Positions 15,816-24,582 of a stretch of DNA of 56,169 nucleotides are shown here, one piece after another. Source of the DNA: Candidatus Kapaibacterium sp. GTDB taxonomy: Bacteria; Bacteroidota; Ignavibacteria; Palsa-1295. The notes below the pieces were generated by a model. That model was given only the letters and a program-made list of their open reading frames with translations. It ran no database searches and had not been told where the DNA came from. The translations under genes were made by a program, and so were the position numbers. Numbering within the stretch: the stretch's first letter is position 1; each line of letters starts with the position of its first letter. Location of the stretch: contig JBKJTP010000084.1 in assembly GCA_046590195.1 (NCBI GenBank), positions 1-56,169 of the forward strand, read 5' to 3'.

Positions 15816-16394
15816 ATGGACATATCCCTAGAACTGCTACTAAGTAAACGTGACTACGATAACATCGCATTCACAAGACAGATTATCGCGCTTTTCGGTG
15901 AGAACCTGAGCAAAGCGGTGTGCTTAATATTCAAGATGGATCGTCGCATTCAGTGGAAGACGGTGAACCGTTACAACCCGCTTCCGGGTTACGTGACCAT
16001 CACCGGGGACATTCAAACCGATGTTGGTGATTTGATCCGTACTTTGAATGGTGAAGTCCTCATAACAGAAGACAACATCAACGATTACACCAACACTTTG
16101 CGTTATGTGCTGAAATCGAGTATCATTCAGCACGGTACGATAGAAGATATCTACCAACACATTACCTTCGTAGCGGCGATGTCAAATGCCCTAGAAGAGA
16201 AAGAATTGATGGATTTGCTTCGTTCCGGGGCCGTTTGCCATACCAGTGCAATCGAGAACCCGACAACCGAAGCCATTTTAGACAAAATAACAAGACCGAC
16301 CGTCTTTGAGTCGTTCCGAACTGAATCCCTCTCCGAGGACCAATTCACTTCACTACGACTGAATGCACAAGCGGGAAAGAACAGAGTACAGTAA
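15816..16394 (+). CDS. hypothetical protein
   Basis: ORF with no motif recognised. Confidence 0.5.
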   Translation: MDISLELLLSKRDYDNIAFTRQIIALFGENLSKAVCLIFKMDRRIQWKTVNRYNPLPGYVTITGDIQTDVGDLIRTLNGEVLITEDNINDYTNTLRYVLKSSIIQHGTIEDIYQHITFVAAMSNALEEKELMDLLRSGAVCHTSAIENPTTEAILDKITRPTVFESFRTESLSEDQFTSLRLNAQAGKNRVQ

Positions 16395-16864
16395 TGGCAG
16401 TTGTTGACCTAATCAAAGACGACCTATCCAACCTGCAAGAGGTGGTGAGGTATTATGACGCCGAGTTCAAGGCGCATGTAAAAGAACTCGCCTTGGATAT
16501 GAAGACGTATTCAAGAGCCAACTCAGAACAAGCCGGACTACTGGGCTTCTATGACCAGCTTCGCTGTGAATTGGAAGTCATGCTGGACGACATGAAGATG
16601 CGTTACGACGTAGCACGTTATCTGGCGCTGAGAGAGCTACAAAAAAACGAGTCGAAGACCCACCCGGAACGTACCTTGAACATGCTAATCGACGGCAACA
16701 AGGATGTTATCCTACACCACAAAGCCAAGAACGAAATAGACGAAAGGCTCAAGAAGGCCAAGTCCATCGTAGGCGCGTTCGTTCAGCGTGGACATTCGCT
16801 ACATAATCTCGTGAAAGCACGAACCGGCGAATTCCAGAACGAACCCATCTACGTGAATGAGTAA
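16394..16864 (+). CDS. possible UvsY-like recombination mediator
   Basis: Size (156 aa), helical character and the C-terminal FVQRGHSLHNLVKAR (T4 UvsY IKSRGFAIKHIQDMR as remembered). Located between the UvsX-like and UvsW-like genes. Confidence 0.4.
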   Translation: MAVVDLIKDDLSNLQEVVRYYDAEFKAHVKELALDMKTYSRANSEQAGLLGFYDQLRCELEVMLDDMKMRYDVARYLALRELQKNESKTHPERTLNMLIDGNKDVILHHKAKNEIDERLKKAKSIVGAFVQRGHSLHNLVKARTGEFQNEPIYVNE

Positions 16865-18347
16865 GAAAACAGCTACAATAAAAATACTCGATGAAACAAA
16901 CATCGTAGTTATAGGTCTGACCCAGTCCGAGTACAAGGTGCTGTCTGGCATATTCTCGGTGTTTGCCAAGGCGTACATGTTCCACCCGCTCTACAAGCTG
17001 AAGAAGTGGGACGGCCGGATACGTTTCTTCTCGCAGGCCGGCGCATCTTACATTACCTTGTTGCAGGATATCGTCCCGCACATCAAGAAGATGGGCTACG
17101 CCATTAAGTACATCGACCGCCGCCGCTATGTCGATGTCGAAATCCCGCAGATCGACAAGGACTATCTGTCCGACTACGGCTGGGAGCTTGGCGAGCATCA
17201 GGTTAACGCTATTAACGCTATTGCCGAACATGGTAATGGTATGCTCATCGCCGGTACCGGTGCGGGTAAGACCCTTATCACGGCGGTCCTATGCGACCTC
17301 TACGAGCGTATTTGTCGCCTTAAGATTGTCGTCATTGTCCCGAACATCGACCTTATCGACCAGACGGCGTTAGAACTTAGAGCCTTCGACCTCAATGTCG
17401 GTACCTATTCCGGCGCGGGAAAGTCTCTAGAAGAGAACATCATTGTTTCGACGTGGCAGTCTATCCAGAACAACCCTCGTATTATGTCCAACTTTCAAGC
17501 CGTCATTGTAGACGAATGCCACGGCACCACGGGTAAGGTACTTCAGGAAATCCTGAACGAGCATGGCGCTCACATTCCTGTCCGTATCGGTATGACTGGT
17601 ACCCTCCCGAAGGAACCCGCAGACCTCATGGCCGTGTCCGTAACATTGGGCAAGGTGCTTTACGAGGTCAAGGCCCATACGCTAATCGCTAAGGGTTGGC
17701 TGGCTAACCTCTTCATTAAGATGTACTGCCTGATGGAAGATTTCTCCGAACGATGGGCTGCCTTCCAGAAGAAACATCCGGAAGATGCCGCCGAAATGAC
17801 CGAGAAGGATTTCATCGAGCATCTGTTTCCAGATTATGAAGCCGAAACGACCTATCTACAGAAGCGCAAGCTCCGAACGGTATTCATGGCAGACTTCATT
17901 GAGAATATCCGTGGTCAAGCCAAGGGTAATACATTCGTTCTGGTGAAGTCGATTGCTGTCGGTAAGGCACTAGCCAAGCTCATCGAGGGTGCGTTGTTTA
18001 TCTACGGTCAGGACAAGACCGCAGTGCGTAAGCAAATCTACAAGATGTTCGAGGAACACGATAACCTCGTTGTCATCTCTACCTTCCAGCTTGCTTCCAC
18101 CGGACTGAACATCAAGCGCATCTTCAACCTCGTCTTCATCGACGCCGGTAAGTCCTTCACCAAGATTGTGCAGGCTATCGGTCGTGGTCTTCGTAAGGCC
18201 AAGGATAAAGATTTCGTCAACGTCTATGATTTCCACTCCAATCTAAAATTCTCGAAGCGGCATGCCGGACAGCGCAAGTCGTTCTACAAGGAACAGAAGT
18301 ACAATTATGTCGTTAAGAAGGTCGATTACGAGTCATACTACAAGTGA
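16857..18347 (+). CDS. uvsW: SF2 DNA helicase (UvsW-like)
   Basis: Motif I AGTGAGKT, motif II DECH, motif III TGT, motif VI QAIGRGLR. Confidence 0.75.
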   Translation: MSKKTATIKILDETNIVVIGLTQSEYKVLSGIFSVFAKAYMFHPLYKLKKWDGRIRFFSQAGASYITLLQDIVPHIKKMGYAIKYIDRRRYVDVEIPQIDKDYLSDYGWELGEHQVNAINAIAEHGNGMLIAGTGAGKTLITAVLCDLYERICRLKIVVIVPNIDLIDQTALELRAFDLNVGTYSGAGKSLEENIIVSTWQSIQNNPRIMSNFQAVIVDECHGTTGKVLQEILNEHGAHIPVRIGMTGTLPKEPADLMAVSVTLGKVLYEVKAHTLIAKGWLANLFIKMYCLMEDFSERWAAFQKKHPEDAAEMTEKDFIEHLFPDYEAETTYLQKRKLRTVFMADFIENIRGQAKGNTFVLVKSIAVGKALAKLIEGALFIYGQDKTAVRKQIYKMFEEHDNLVVISTFQLASTGLNIKRIFNLVFIDAGKSFTKIVQAIGRGLRKAKDKDFVNVYDFHSNLKFSKRHAGQRKSFYKEQKYNYVVKKVDYESYYK

Positions 18348-18354
18348 TGTTTCG

Positions 18355-18383
18355 TTGACACTGCCGCGCTAATCCCGTAGAAT
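18355..18383 (+). promoter_or_regulatory. sigma70-type (early) promoter
   Basis: TTGACA (18355-18360), 17-nt spacer, TAGAAT (18378-18383). Confidence 0.6.
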
Positions 18384-18413
18384 ACTAGAAATATTCGAGG
18401 AAACCATTGTCAT

Positions 18414-18902
18414 ATGATTATTTCAGACGAAAACAGCTATCCTGTAATGGTGGACAGCGTTGAAACTCCACTGAGTACGGAATGGTTCTGGGTTCTGGAT
18501 TTGGTTAACAAGGACTTCATACTGACGCCATTGATGATGAACGAGGAATTACACACGCCGACGTTCGAGCTTTTAATCAACAACTACGTTATCGAAGTCC
18601 CGACCAACTGGAACATTCTATTGTACTCGGAAGAGACTTCTCAGCTTGACGTTGCCGAAGTGTCGGAATTGACTAGGGGTAACTTCACGGCTCTTGGCTT
18701 CCAACATAAGAAAGACCGTATCGTTCCCGGTGAAGTGAAGGTAATCAACTACAACCCGTTCGCAAGAGTGCATACGCCATCCTTACACAAGACGCACATG
18801 CTCTGTCATGCCCTTGGTCCGGATGTGTGGCTGTGTATCTCACCGAGCGACAATTACAACAAATACCTCAAGAACATGATGATCGGCGACATACTCCCGT
18901 AA
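18414..18902 (+). CDS. hypothetical protein
   Basis: ORF downstream of a strong early-type promoter. No motif recognised. Confidence 0.5.
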   Translation: MIISDENSYPVMVDSVETPLSTEWFWVLDLVNKDFILTPLMMNEELHTPTFELLINNYVIEVPTNWNILLYSEETSQLDVAEVSELTRGNFTALGFQHKKDRIVPGEVKVINYNPFARVHTPSLHKTHMLCHALGPDVWLCISPSDNYNKYLKNMMIGDILP

Positions 18903-18979
18903 AAAGTTGATAACTATAAGGTATACAATCAAAGTGGAGGCCGTTAGGCGAACCACAATTCACCTAGCAGGACAATGCA

Positions 18980-19402
18980 ATGGCTAAGATAGCTAAGAAG
19001 AACTCAAAAAGTATTAGCGCCAAGGAAATCAAGGCGTGGCTACGAGGCATACAAGAGTTTCAGCCGGAAGGTTGGACTCCAAGTAAAGCTCAGTGGGATG
19101 CGATCCGTGACCGTATTTTCTCACTTGACGAGGATGTAGTGGAACATTCACAGTTTGAAGTCTCGCGTTCGACACGCGTAGTCGATTTCGTCCCGGCCCC
19201 GCAGTTTGCGCCACCGGCCCATGGGTTTCCACAGATATCGAATAACGAAACCTATGTAGCTGCTACTCCAATGGGTCCGTCTATACTGGCCGATACAGCT
19301 AACGCGACAGCTAAAAACGTTAAGTTGAAGCCGGCAGGCGATGGCGGTGTGTCTGTAATTGCAGACCCGACTGCCGAAGGCGAGTACAAGTCTCCATTCT
19401 AA
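18980..19402 (+). CDS. hypothetical protein
   Basis: ORF with an ATGA-type junction to the next gene. Confidence 0.5.
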   Translation: MAKIAKKNSKSISAKEIKAWLRGIQEFQPEGWTPSKAQWDAIRDRIFSLDEDVVEHSQFEVSRSTRVVDFVPAPQFAPPAHGFPQISNNETYVAATPMGPSILADTANATAKNVKLKPAGDGGVSVIADPTAEGEYKSPF

Positions 19403-19941
19403 TGCAGACTGTGTTGAAAGACAGAATACTCTGGTTCGATGGTGATTCCACTATCGAACCAGATGTTCTTGCGGATATCGTCCTAAAAGGATTAAAACTC
19501 AAGAAGGGTATCTTCGTGAGTGAGGTCACAGACGAGATTGAGCAGTTCAATCGGATTTCCACTTATCAGCTTGAAGAAAAGACCGAGAACCGCCCGTTAT
19601 CATTTGACTGGAATATCCCGGAGAAGTATATAGAGATGAATCTCCGGACGTTCTTTCTAGGCAAGCTGGCCGAAGAAGCCGAATGGAATATAAAGCTTTC
19701 GCAATCAGACTTGGAAGAACGAATCAAGAGAATCGACGTTGAACTGGACGCGTATTACCAGTCAAATGTCAACATGTTGCTCCGTTCGACCCTGTTCATC
19801 ATAGATACCTTTAAGGAGAAAAACGTGGTATGGGGGGTAGGCCGAGGCAGCGCCTGTAGCTCATATATACTGTATCTTGCTGGCGTTCATGATATAGACA
19901 GCGTAGCCTACGAATTGGATATCAGTGATTTCCTTCGCTAA
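19402..19941 (+). CDS. DnaE (Pol III alpha)-like fragment 1: palm segment up to the ERFL helix; no PHP domain
   Basis: VWGVGRGSACSSYILYLAGVHDIDSVAYELDISDFLR* aligns to E. coli DnaE [39 protein letters not shown]. Upstream, EERIKRIDVELDAY... aligns to YDERLETELQVI.... The ORF stops exactly where DnaE continues into PDFDVDF. Confidence 0.65.
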   Translation: MQTVLKDRILWFDGDSTIEPDVLADIVLKGLKLKKGIFVSEVTDEIEQFNRISTYQLEEKTENRPLSFDWNIPEKYIEMNLRTFFLGKLAEEAEWNIKLSQSDLEERIKRIDVELDAYYQSNVNMLLRSTLFIIDTFKEKNVVWGVGRGSACSSYILYLAGVHDIDSVAYELDISDFLR

Positions 19942-19983
19942 GGCTGAGTATAAATAGAGTTTGCCCAACAGAGGATTTTTCAA

Positions 19984-20268
19984 ATGGCTAGAAAAGCAAC
20001 CAGTATGCGTGGCGAGACCGTCGATTTTGACCTATTCGCTATCAAGGAACAAATCAACGGCGCACCGGTTACGGAGACTATCCAGAATCGTGAGCGTTTC
20101 ATCGACCTACGTCGTAAGCGTGGCACGCGTCGTAAACTACAGGACATGCTCGCCGAACAGGAAGCATCCAAGAAATCCGTAACTGAAGCCATCAAGGCGG
20201 ACGCGACGGCTGATCCTGCCGGCGCTGCCCCGAAAAAGCGTACCATCCAGAAGAAAAAGGAAGTCTAA
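19984..20268 (+). CDS. hypothetical charged protein
   Basis: ORF only. Confidence 0.45.
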   Translation: MARKATSMRGETVDFDLFAIKEQINGAPVTETIQNRERFIDLRRKRGTRRKLQDMLAEQEASKKSVTEAIKADATADPAGAAPKKRTIQKKKEV

Positions 20269-20585
20269 TGTCAGCATCAAATCTGCGTTGCCCTAAGAGC
20301 CGAATCCTATTCCAGTTTTACGAGGGGGTTAGTGGTGGTTCGTTCGACAACAAAACGGATTGGGGGTTTAACATCAAGAAGCCAACCCAAGACATCCTTT
20401 CCCCACGTTGGGCTACGGTGAAGGTTGTAGGTAAGGACGTGAAGTATGTTGTACCGGGGCAATACATCTTGATTGAACCGTCCATGTGGACAATTGGATT
20501 CACCTACAATGATGAGAAGTATTGGGCTACTGCCGAAGAAAAACTCATCGCTGTGTCAGACGAAGCCCCAAGGGGCATGGTCTAA
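20268..20585 (+). CDS. possible GroES/gp31-like co-chaperonin
   Basis: About 100 aa with the pattern RILFQF...(loop)...ATVKVVGKDVKYVVPGQYILIEP......EEKLIAVSDE, resembling the GroES layout. Weak. Confidence 0.3.
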   Translation: MSASNLRCPKSRILFQFYEGVSGGSFDNKTDWGFNIKKPTQDILSPRWATVKVVGKDVKYVVPGQYILIEPSMWTIGFTYNDEKYWATAEEKLIAVSDEAPRGMV

Positions 20586-20600
20586 GTAATATCAATATAG

Positions 20601-20636
20601 CGGAGACGGTGTGCATTCCCGTCTCCGTTGTCGTTT
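20601..20636 (+). terminator. intrinsic terminator hairpin
   Basis: CGGAGACGG (20601-20609) pairs with CCGTCTCCG (20619-20627), followed by TTGTCGTTT. Confidence 0.7.
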
Positions 20637-20644
20637 GTAACGTC

Positions 20645-20673
20645 TTGATAAATCCCCTGCTTGCGTGTACACT
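20645..20673 (+). promoter_or_regulatory. sigma70-type promoter
   Basis: TTGATA, 17-nt spacer, TACACT. Confidence 0.45.
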
Positions 20674-20702
20674 TGTCGCATAACAAGTAGAAGGATTGTA
20701 TT

Positions 20703-21653
20703 ATGCTACAAACTCCGTGGGCGCTGAAGCATCGCCCCGCCAATCTCAAGGAATTCATCTTTCAGGACCAGCAGACCAAGGATTTGGTTGCGCGATATAT
20801 CGAAGATAAGAGCTTTCCGAATCTACTCCTGATAGGGCATCGCGGTACTGGTAAGACCTCTCTTGCATTGCTGCTCAAGCAGCAGCTTGGCATTGACGAC
20901 ATGGACTTTTTGGCTCTCAATGCTTCGGACGATAACTCCGTCGATGTTATCCGGACCAAGGTCAAGAGCTTCATTGGCACCTTCGCGCTGTCGGAATTCA
21001 AGATTGTTCTTCTAGACGAAGCTGATTACCTGACGCCTTCGGCTCAAGCTGCACTGCGCGGCATGATGGAAGATGAGGAATTCTCTACCAATGCTCGGTT
21101 CATCTTGACCGGTAACAAGGCACACAAGATTATCCCGGAGCTACGCGACTCGCGTCTCACGGAGATAGTATTCAAAGCCCCCGACCGCGATGCAATGCTA
21201 TTACGTGCTGTCAAGATTTTGAAGAAGGAGGGGGTTACCATTGATGATGATTCATTGGGGCTCTTGGAGAAATACCTTGATGAATCCTATCCTGACTTCC
21301 GCAAGCTGTTGGTCAGACTGGAACGCCATACCGTCAATGGTAAGCTGACAGACTCGGAGACAGGGAAGTCCACCGGTAATGAATTCCTCGTTGACCTGAT
21401 GGATATGATGGAGAGTAACAAGTGGGGTAGCATTCGCGGCTACATGGCCGAGAATACTCCGGATGACCAATGGGAAGAAGTATATCGCTTCCTATATGAT
21501 TACATCGGTGAAGTTGTTAGCTTCAAGTCCGCCGATAAACAGGATCAAGCAATCGTTGTAATTGCTGACCACCTGTACAAACACGCCTTTGTGGCCGATC
21601 CCGAGATAAACTTCGCGGCCTGTATCATCAAACTATCAAAAATCAGCAAGTAA
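20703..21653 (+). CDS. clamp-loader AAA+ ATPase subunit (T4 gp44 / RFC small-subunit-like)
   Basis: Walker A GHRGTGKTS, Walker B/DEAD LLDEADYL, sensor-1 FILTGN, SRLTE (SRC-like). Confidence 0.8.
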   Translation: MLQTPWALKHRPANLKEFIFQDQQTKDLVARYIEDKSFPNLLLIGHRGTGKTSLALLLKQQLGIDDMDFLALNASDDNSVDVIRTKVKSFIGTFALSEFKIVLLDEADYLTPSAQAALRGMMEDEEFSTNARFILTGNKAHKIIPELRDSRLTEIVFKAPDRDAMLLRAVKILKKEGVTIDDDSLGLLEKYLDESYPDFRKLLVRLERHTVNGKLTDSETGKSTGNEFLVDLMDMMESNKWGSIRGYMAENTPDDQWEEVYRFLYDYIGEVVSFKSADKQDQAIVVIADHLYKHAFVADPEINFAACIIKLSKISK

Positions 21654-21662
21654 GAGGACATC

Positions 21663-22073
21663 ATGCAAAATACAGACCCATATAACCAGTCACCGAACCT
21701 AGACCTGTTTCAGGAACCTATTACACAGGAACTTGCTAACAAGCATATCGCTGCCGTCGCCGCGCATCATGGCAAGAATGAGAAGCTCGCGTGGAAGCGT
21801 AAGGTCAAGAAGATGATGGGCTACATCGAAGAGGTCGGTAAGTTCGAAGAGCAGATAATGGAACTCACCAAGGCCAAGCAGCCAATTCTAGACGCGATTG
21901 CATTCCTGCGTAGCGAGATGACAAAGGAGTGCATTCATCCGAAGGACCACCTCGCGCACCTGAATACATACCTAATCTGTAAGTTCTGCGATAACAAAAT
22001 CAGCATTCCTCGCATCCTGAAGGCCGAAGAGCCTGACACTGATGAGGAAGAGGCTGACGATGGCGGAGAGTAA
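21663..22073 (+). CDS. hypothetical Zn-ribbon protein with an acidic tail
   Basis: CIHP...H......CKFC and the C-terminal EEPDTDEEEADDGGE. Confidence 0.5.
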   Translation: MQNTDPYNQSPNLDLFQEPITQELANKHIAAVAAHHGKNEKLAWKRKVKKMMGYIEEVGKFEEQIMELTKAKQPILDAIAFLRSEMTKECIHPKDHLAHLNTYLICKFCDNKISIPRILKAEEPDTDEEEADDGGE

Positions 22074-22515
22074 GCTCGACATTTGGGAATTGCTGCGAGC
22101 TATCGACGATAATAAGCGGGCATTCTTAAAACAGCTTCCGGAAGCACAACGAAAGGGTTTTGCCCCTATCGTTGTGCTTCGCTGGCTGTCGGGTTCCGGA
22201 GACCAAGCGCAGCTTCATAATCTGAATGAGCTAGTCAATTCCACGGTATTCAACCTCTACAAGCATCCGGACCTACTTTACCGGCTCATGACGGCGGCTA
22301 CTCCGGCCTGTCGCAAACAGTATCAATGGATCAAGCCGCACAAGAAGGCAAAGCTCTCTAAGCGCATTGATGTTATCAAGCGATATCTCAGCGTGCCCAA
22401 TCGGCAGGCATTTGAATTCACCGAGTTGTATACCGACGATGACATACTGGAAATGAGTGACGCTCTCGGGGATGACAAGGACTTCACCAAGCTACTCAAG
22501 GCAGAAATGAAATGA
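22060..22515 (+). CDS. possible clamp-loader small subunit (T4 gp62-like)
   Basis: LLYRLMTAATPACRKQYQWIKP....IDVIKRYLSVPNRQAFEF resembles remembered gp62 [21 protein letters not shown]...LLAKRYQVNTNDAINY. I prefer the start at ATG 22060 (SD GAGGAAGAGG) over 22042. Confidence 0.45.
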   Translation: MAESKLDIWELLRAIDDNKRAFLKQLPEAQRKGFAPIVVLRWLSGSGDQAQLHNLNELVNSTVFNLYKHPDLLYRLMTAATPACRKQYQWIKPHKKAKLSKRIDVIKRYLSVPNRQAFEFTELYTDDDILEMSDALGDDKDFTKLLKAEMK

Positions 22516-23195
22516 ATAAGTTCGGCTTCTATGAATGTGAATACTGTTCCAAGCGATACCTAAAAGAAGCTCCATTCAAGAAGCACACTTGCGAAGCCGG
22601 CGTGCGACAAAAGTTTACCCGTACCACTAAGCGCGGGCGTTTCTGCTACAACGTCTACAAGTCATGGTTGAAGTATCGCGGATTCCACGAGTCGGATATT
22701 GACGCTTTTGTCGAATCTCGTTACTACAATCCTATTATCAAGTTCGTTGAATTCTACTACACCACGATGCTTCCGGACATGGACGACTATATCAAGTCCA
22801 TGGTCGAGCAGAAGATGCTACCGCAGATGTGGACCAATGGTACGGTTTACGAACAGTACATTTCAAACTACGACGAAAGTGTAACCCCGGTAAGACAAGC
22901 CGAGATATCCATTCGGCATCTTAATACCTTGGCAAAGACACTGGAATGTGAGCCAGTAGAGGTATTCGATTACTTGTATGTCCCCGATTTGGTGAAGCTC
23001 ATTCAATGCCGCCGATTCTCACCGTGGATTCTATTGGCCTCTAAGCGTTTTCAGCGATACATGGCAGAGACAGATTTAGCTGAAAGGCCGGCTCTGGAAA
23101 TGATGGTCAATCTCGATGTGTGGCTGCCGCGCTTCCGAGAATGGCCGAAGGAGCGGGAAATCATCGCAAACCTCACAAAGCAGTTAGGAATCTAG
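22512..23195 (+). CDS. hypothetical protein with an N-terminal C2HC-like zinc finger
   Basis: CEYCSKRY...H.C. Any gp59-like helicase-loader resemblance is too weak to call. Confidence 0.45.
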   Translation: MNKFGFYECEYCSKRYLKEAPFKKHTCEAGVRQKFTRTTKRGRFCYNVYKSWLKYRGFHESDIDAFVESRYYNPIIKFVEFYYTTMLPDMDDYIKSMVEQKMLPQMWTNGTVYEQYISNYDESVTPVRQAEISIRHLNTLAKTLECEPVEVFDYLYVPDLVKLIQCRRFSPWILLASKRFQRYMAETDLAERPALEMMVNLDVWLPRFREWPKEREIIANLTKQLGI

Positions 23196-23203
23196 CCAGT
23201 GTG

Positions 23204-23211
23204 TATAAATA
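23204..23211 (+). promoter_or_regulatory. T4-type late promoter TATAAATA upstream of the fibre gene cluster
   Basis: Exact TATAAATA, 27 nt before the ATG at 23238. Confidence 0.5.
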
Positions 23212-23237
23212 CATTGAGTATTAAAACGGGATGAGAC

Positions 23238-24527
23238 ATGGCTAACTGCGCTGAAAATGTATATGTAATCAAATACACCGATATCGCCAAGGGTACGATT
23301 ACGATCACCAAGTCTTCCTTGGTTACGAATCTGATCGACATCGCGCTGGTCGGTAAGTCGCGTCTTGATTACGGCGAACTATTCGACGAGAACCTACTCC
23401 ATCTTCTAGAGAACTTTGCTTGCCCGGAAGACTCCGGTACGCCGGGTACTCCTGATCTGTCCGAAGCCTATGGCACCCTTCTAAGCAATCCTATTCAGGG
23501 TCAGAAGTGGTACAACTCAACCAATGGTTATCTGTATATCTTCAGCAACGATGAGTGGATTTGTCAGGGGCGTCAAGGCGACGTTGCTGGTAACTCCGGC
23601 GTCATTGCCCATGGCGCGTATCTTCCGCAGCCTGTTAACTCCCTCGGTTACGTGTTCCCGTATGCAGAGTGTAGCTTCGTTGTAAGTCCTCATTCCTATT
23701 TGGCTACTGATATTACCGGCCTCCCGGCTGATATAGAAGTTGATTTCATGACGTGTAATGTCGATGCAAATGGGCTAGTAACAATGCAGTTCCGTTATCG
23801 CGGTGAGTCTTCTCTACGAGACGGTTACGTCAATTATCAGATTATTGGTATCCGTGGTGAAACCAACGGTGCGGTCATGGTGGTAACACCATACCCTGTC
23901 CCATCTCCGACTCCGGGTGTGAGCCCGACAATTACACCAACGATGACGCCTACGAAGACGGTCACACCGACCCCAACGAAGACCCCGACACCGACCCCGA
24001 ACTTGTCTGTCTCGGTAACACCGACGAAGACGGTAACCCCAACACCGACGATTACTGTCACCCGTACAGTAACTCCAACACCGACACCGACGAAGACGGT
24101 AACCCCAACTCCATCGCCGTCTACTGCGGCAGCACTGGACCTGAGTCGTTTCTCCGGGCTTATTGGTACCACCAGTCTCCACAATCCGGCAGCAGTGGTT
24201 GTCACATTCGATGTTGATGGTACATGGGCTATTGATAGAATTCCGGGTACGGATGAGACCGGAACTTTCCTTGCTTCCGGTGATACATCAGAATATGAGT
24301 TTGAATTCTCCTATACTGGTGATGACGACCCATCCGGTGGCGCTTATGTCCCAAGTACATGGTATCCTGTAGCAGACGGTATTTACTTGTCTATTTCTGA
24401 TGCTGTTGTTGGCTCAGGTTTTAATTCCTCATTGTGTGTGTTGACCATGCGTAAGATTAGTAATAATGCCATTTCCGAGACCGCATCATTCACAATGCGT
24501 GCAGACGGTAATACATACGACGGATAA
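23238..24527 (+). CDS. fibre-like structural protein, paralogue A (conserved N-domain, PT linker, unique C-domain)
   Basis: Its N-terminal ~215 aa are shared with the ORFs at 24583 and 27054 (blocks listed in the findings). Followed by an 80-aa Pro/Thr linker. Confidence 0.7.
   Translation: MANCAENVYVIKYTDIAKGTITITKSSLVTNLIDIALVGKSRLDYGELFDENLLHLLENFACPEDSGTPGTPDLSEAYGTLLSNPIQGQKWYNSTNGYLYIFSNDEWICQGRQGDVAGNSGVIAHGAYLPQPVNSLGYVFPYAECSFVVSPHSYLATDITGLPADIEVDFMTCNVDANGLVTMQFRYRGESSLRDGYVNYQIIGIRGETNGAVMVVTPYPVPSPTPGVSPTITPTMTPTKTVTPTPTKTPTPTPNLSVSVTPTKTVTPTPTITVTRTVTPTPTPTKTVTPTPSPSTAAALDLSRFSGLIGTTSLHNPAAVVVTFDVDGTWAIDRIPGTDETGTFLASGDTSEYEFEFSYTGDDDPSGGAYVPSTWYPVADGIYLSISDAVVGSGFNSSLCVLTMRKISNNAISETASFTMRADGNTYDG
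23886..24125 (+). repeat. Pro/Thr-rich linker-coding low-complexity repeat (paralogue A)
   Basis: TPYPVPSPTPGVSPTITPTMTPTKTVTPTPTKTPTPTP...TVTPTPSPS. Reiterated ACN-CCN codons create spurious antisense ORFs. Confidence 0.85.
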
Positions 24528-24582
24528 TCGTCTGGTGATAGATATAGAGATGTAAAGCGGTACCAAATCATAAGGTAATAGA

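Noticed and set aside
18414-18902. Possible Hint-like or intein-related fold in the 162-aa early ORF
   Set aside because: There is only a vague resemblance (beta-rich, a few hydrophobic blocks). No N-terminal Cys/Ser block A and no terminal HN are present. Left as hypothetical.
23814-24205. Antisense and alternative-frame ORFs over the PT-linker regions. Similar ones lie at 25172-25397 and 27608-27952, and at 14195-14521 over the SSB tail.
   Set aside because: These are generated automatically by the reiterated ACN-CCN (or GAR-AAR) codons of low-complexity linkers. Their products are poly-GV or poly-S nonsense.
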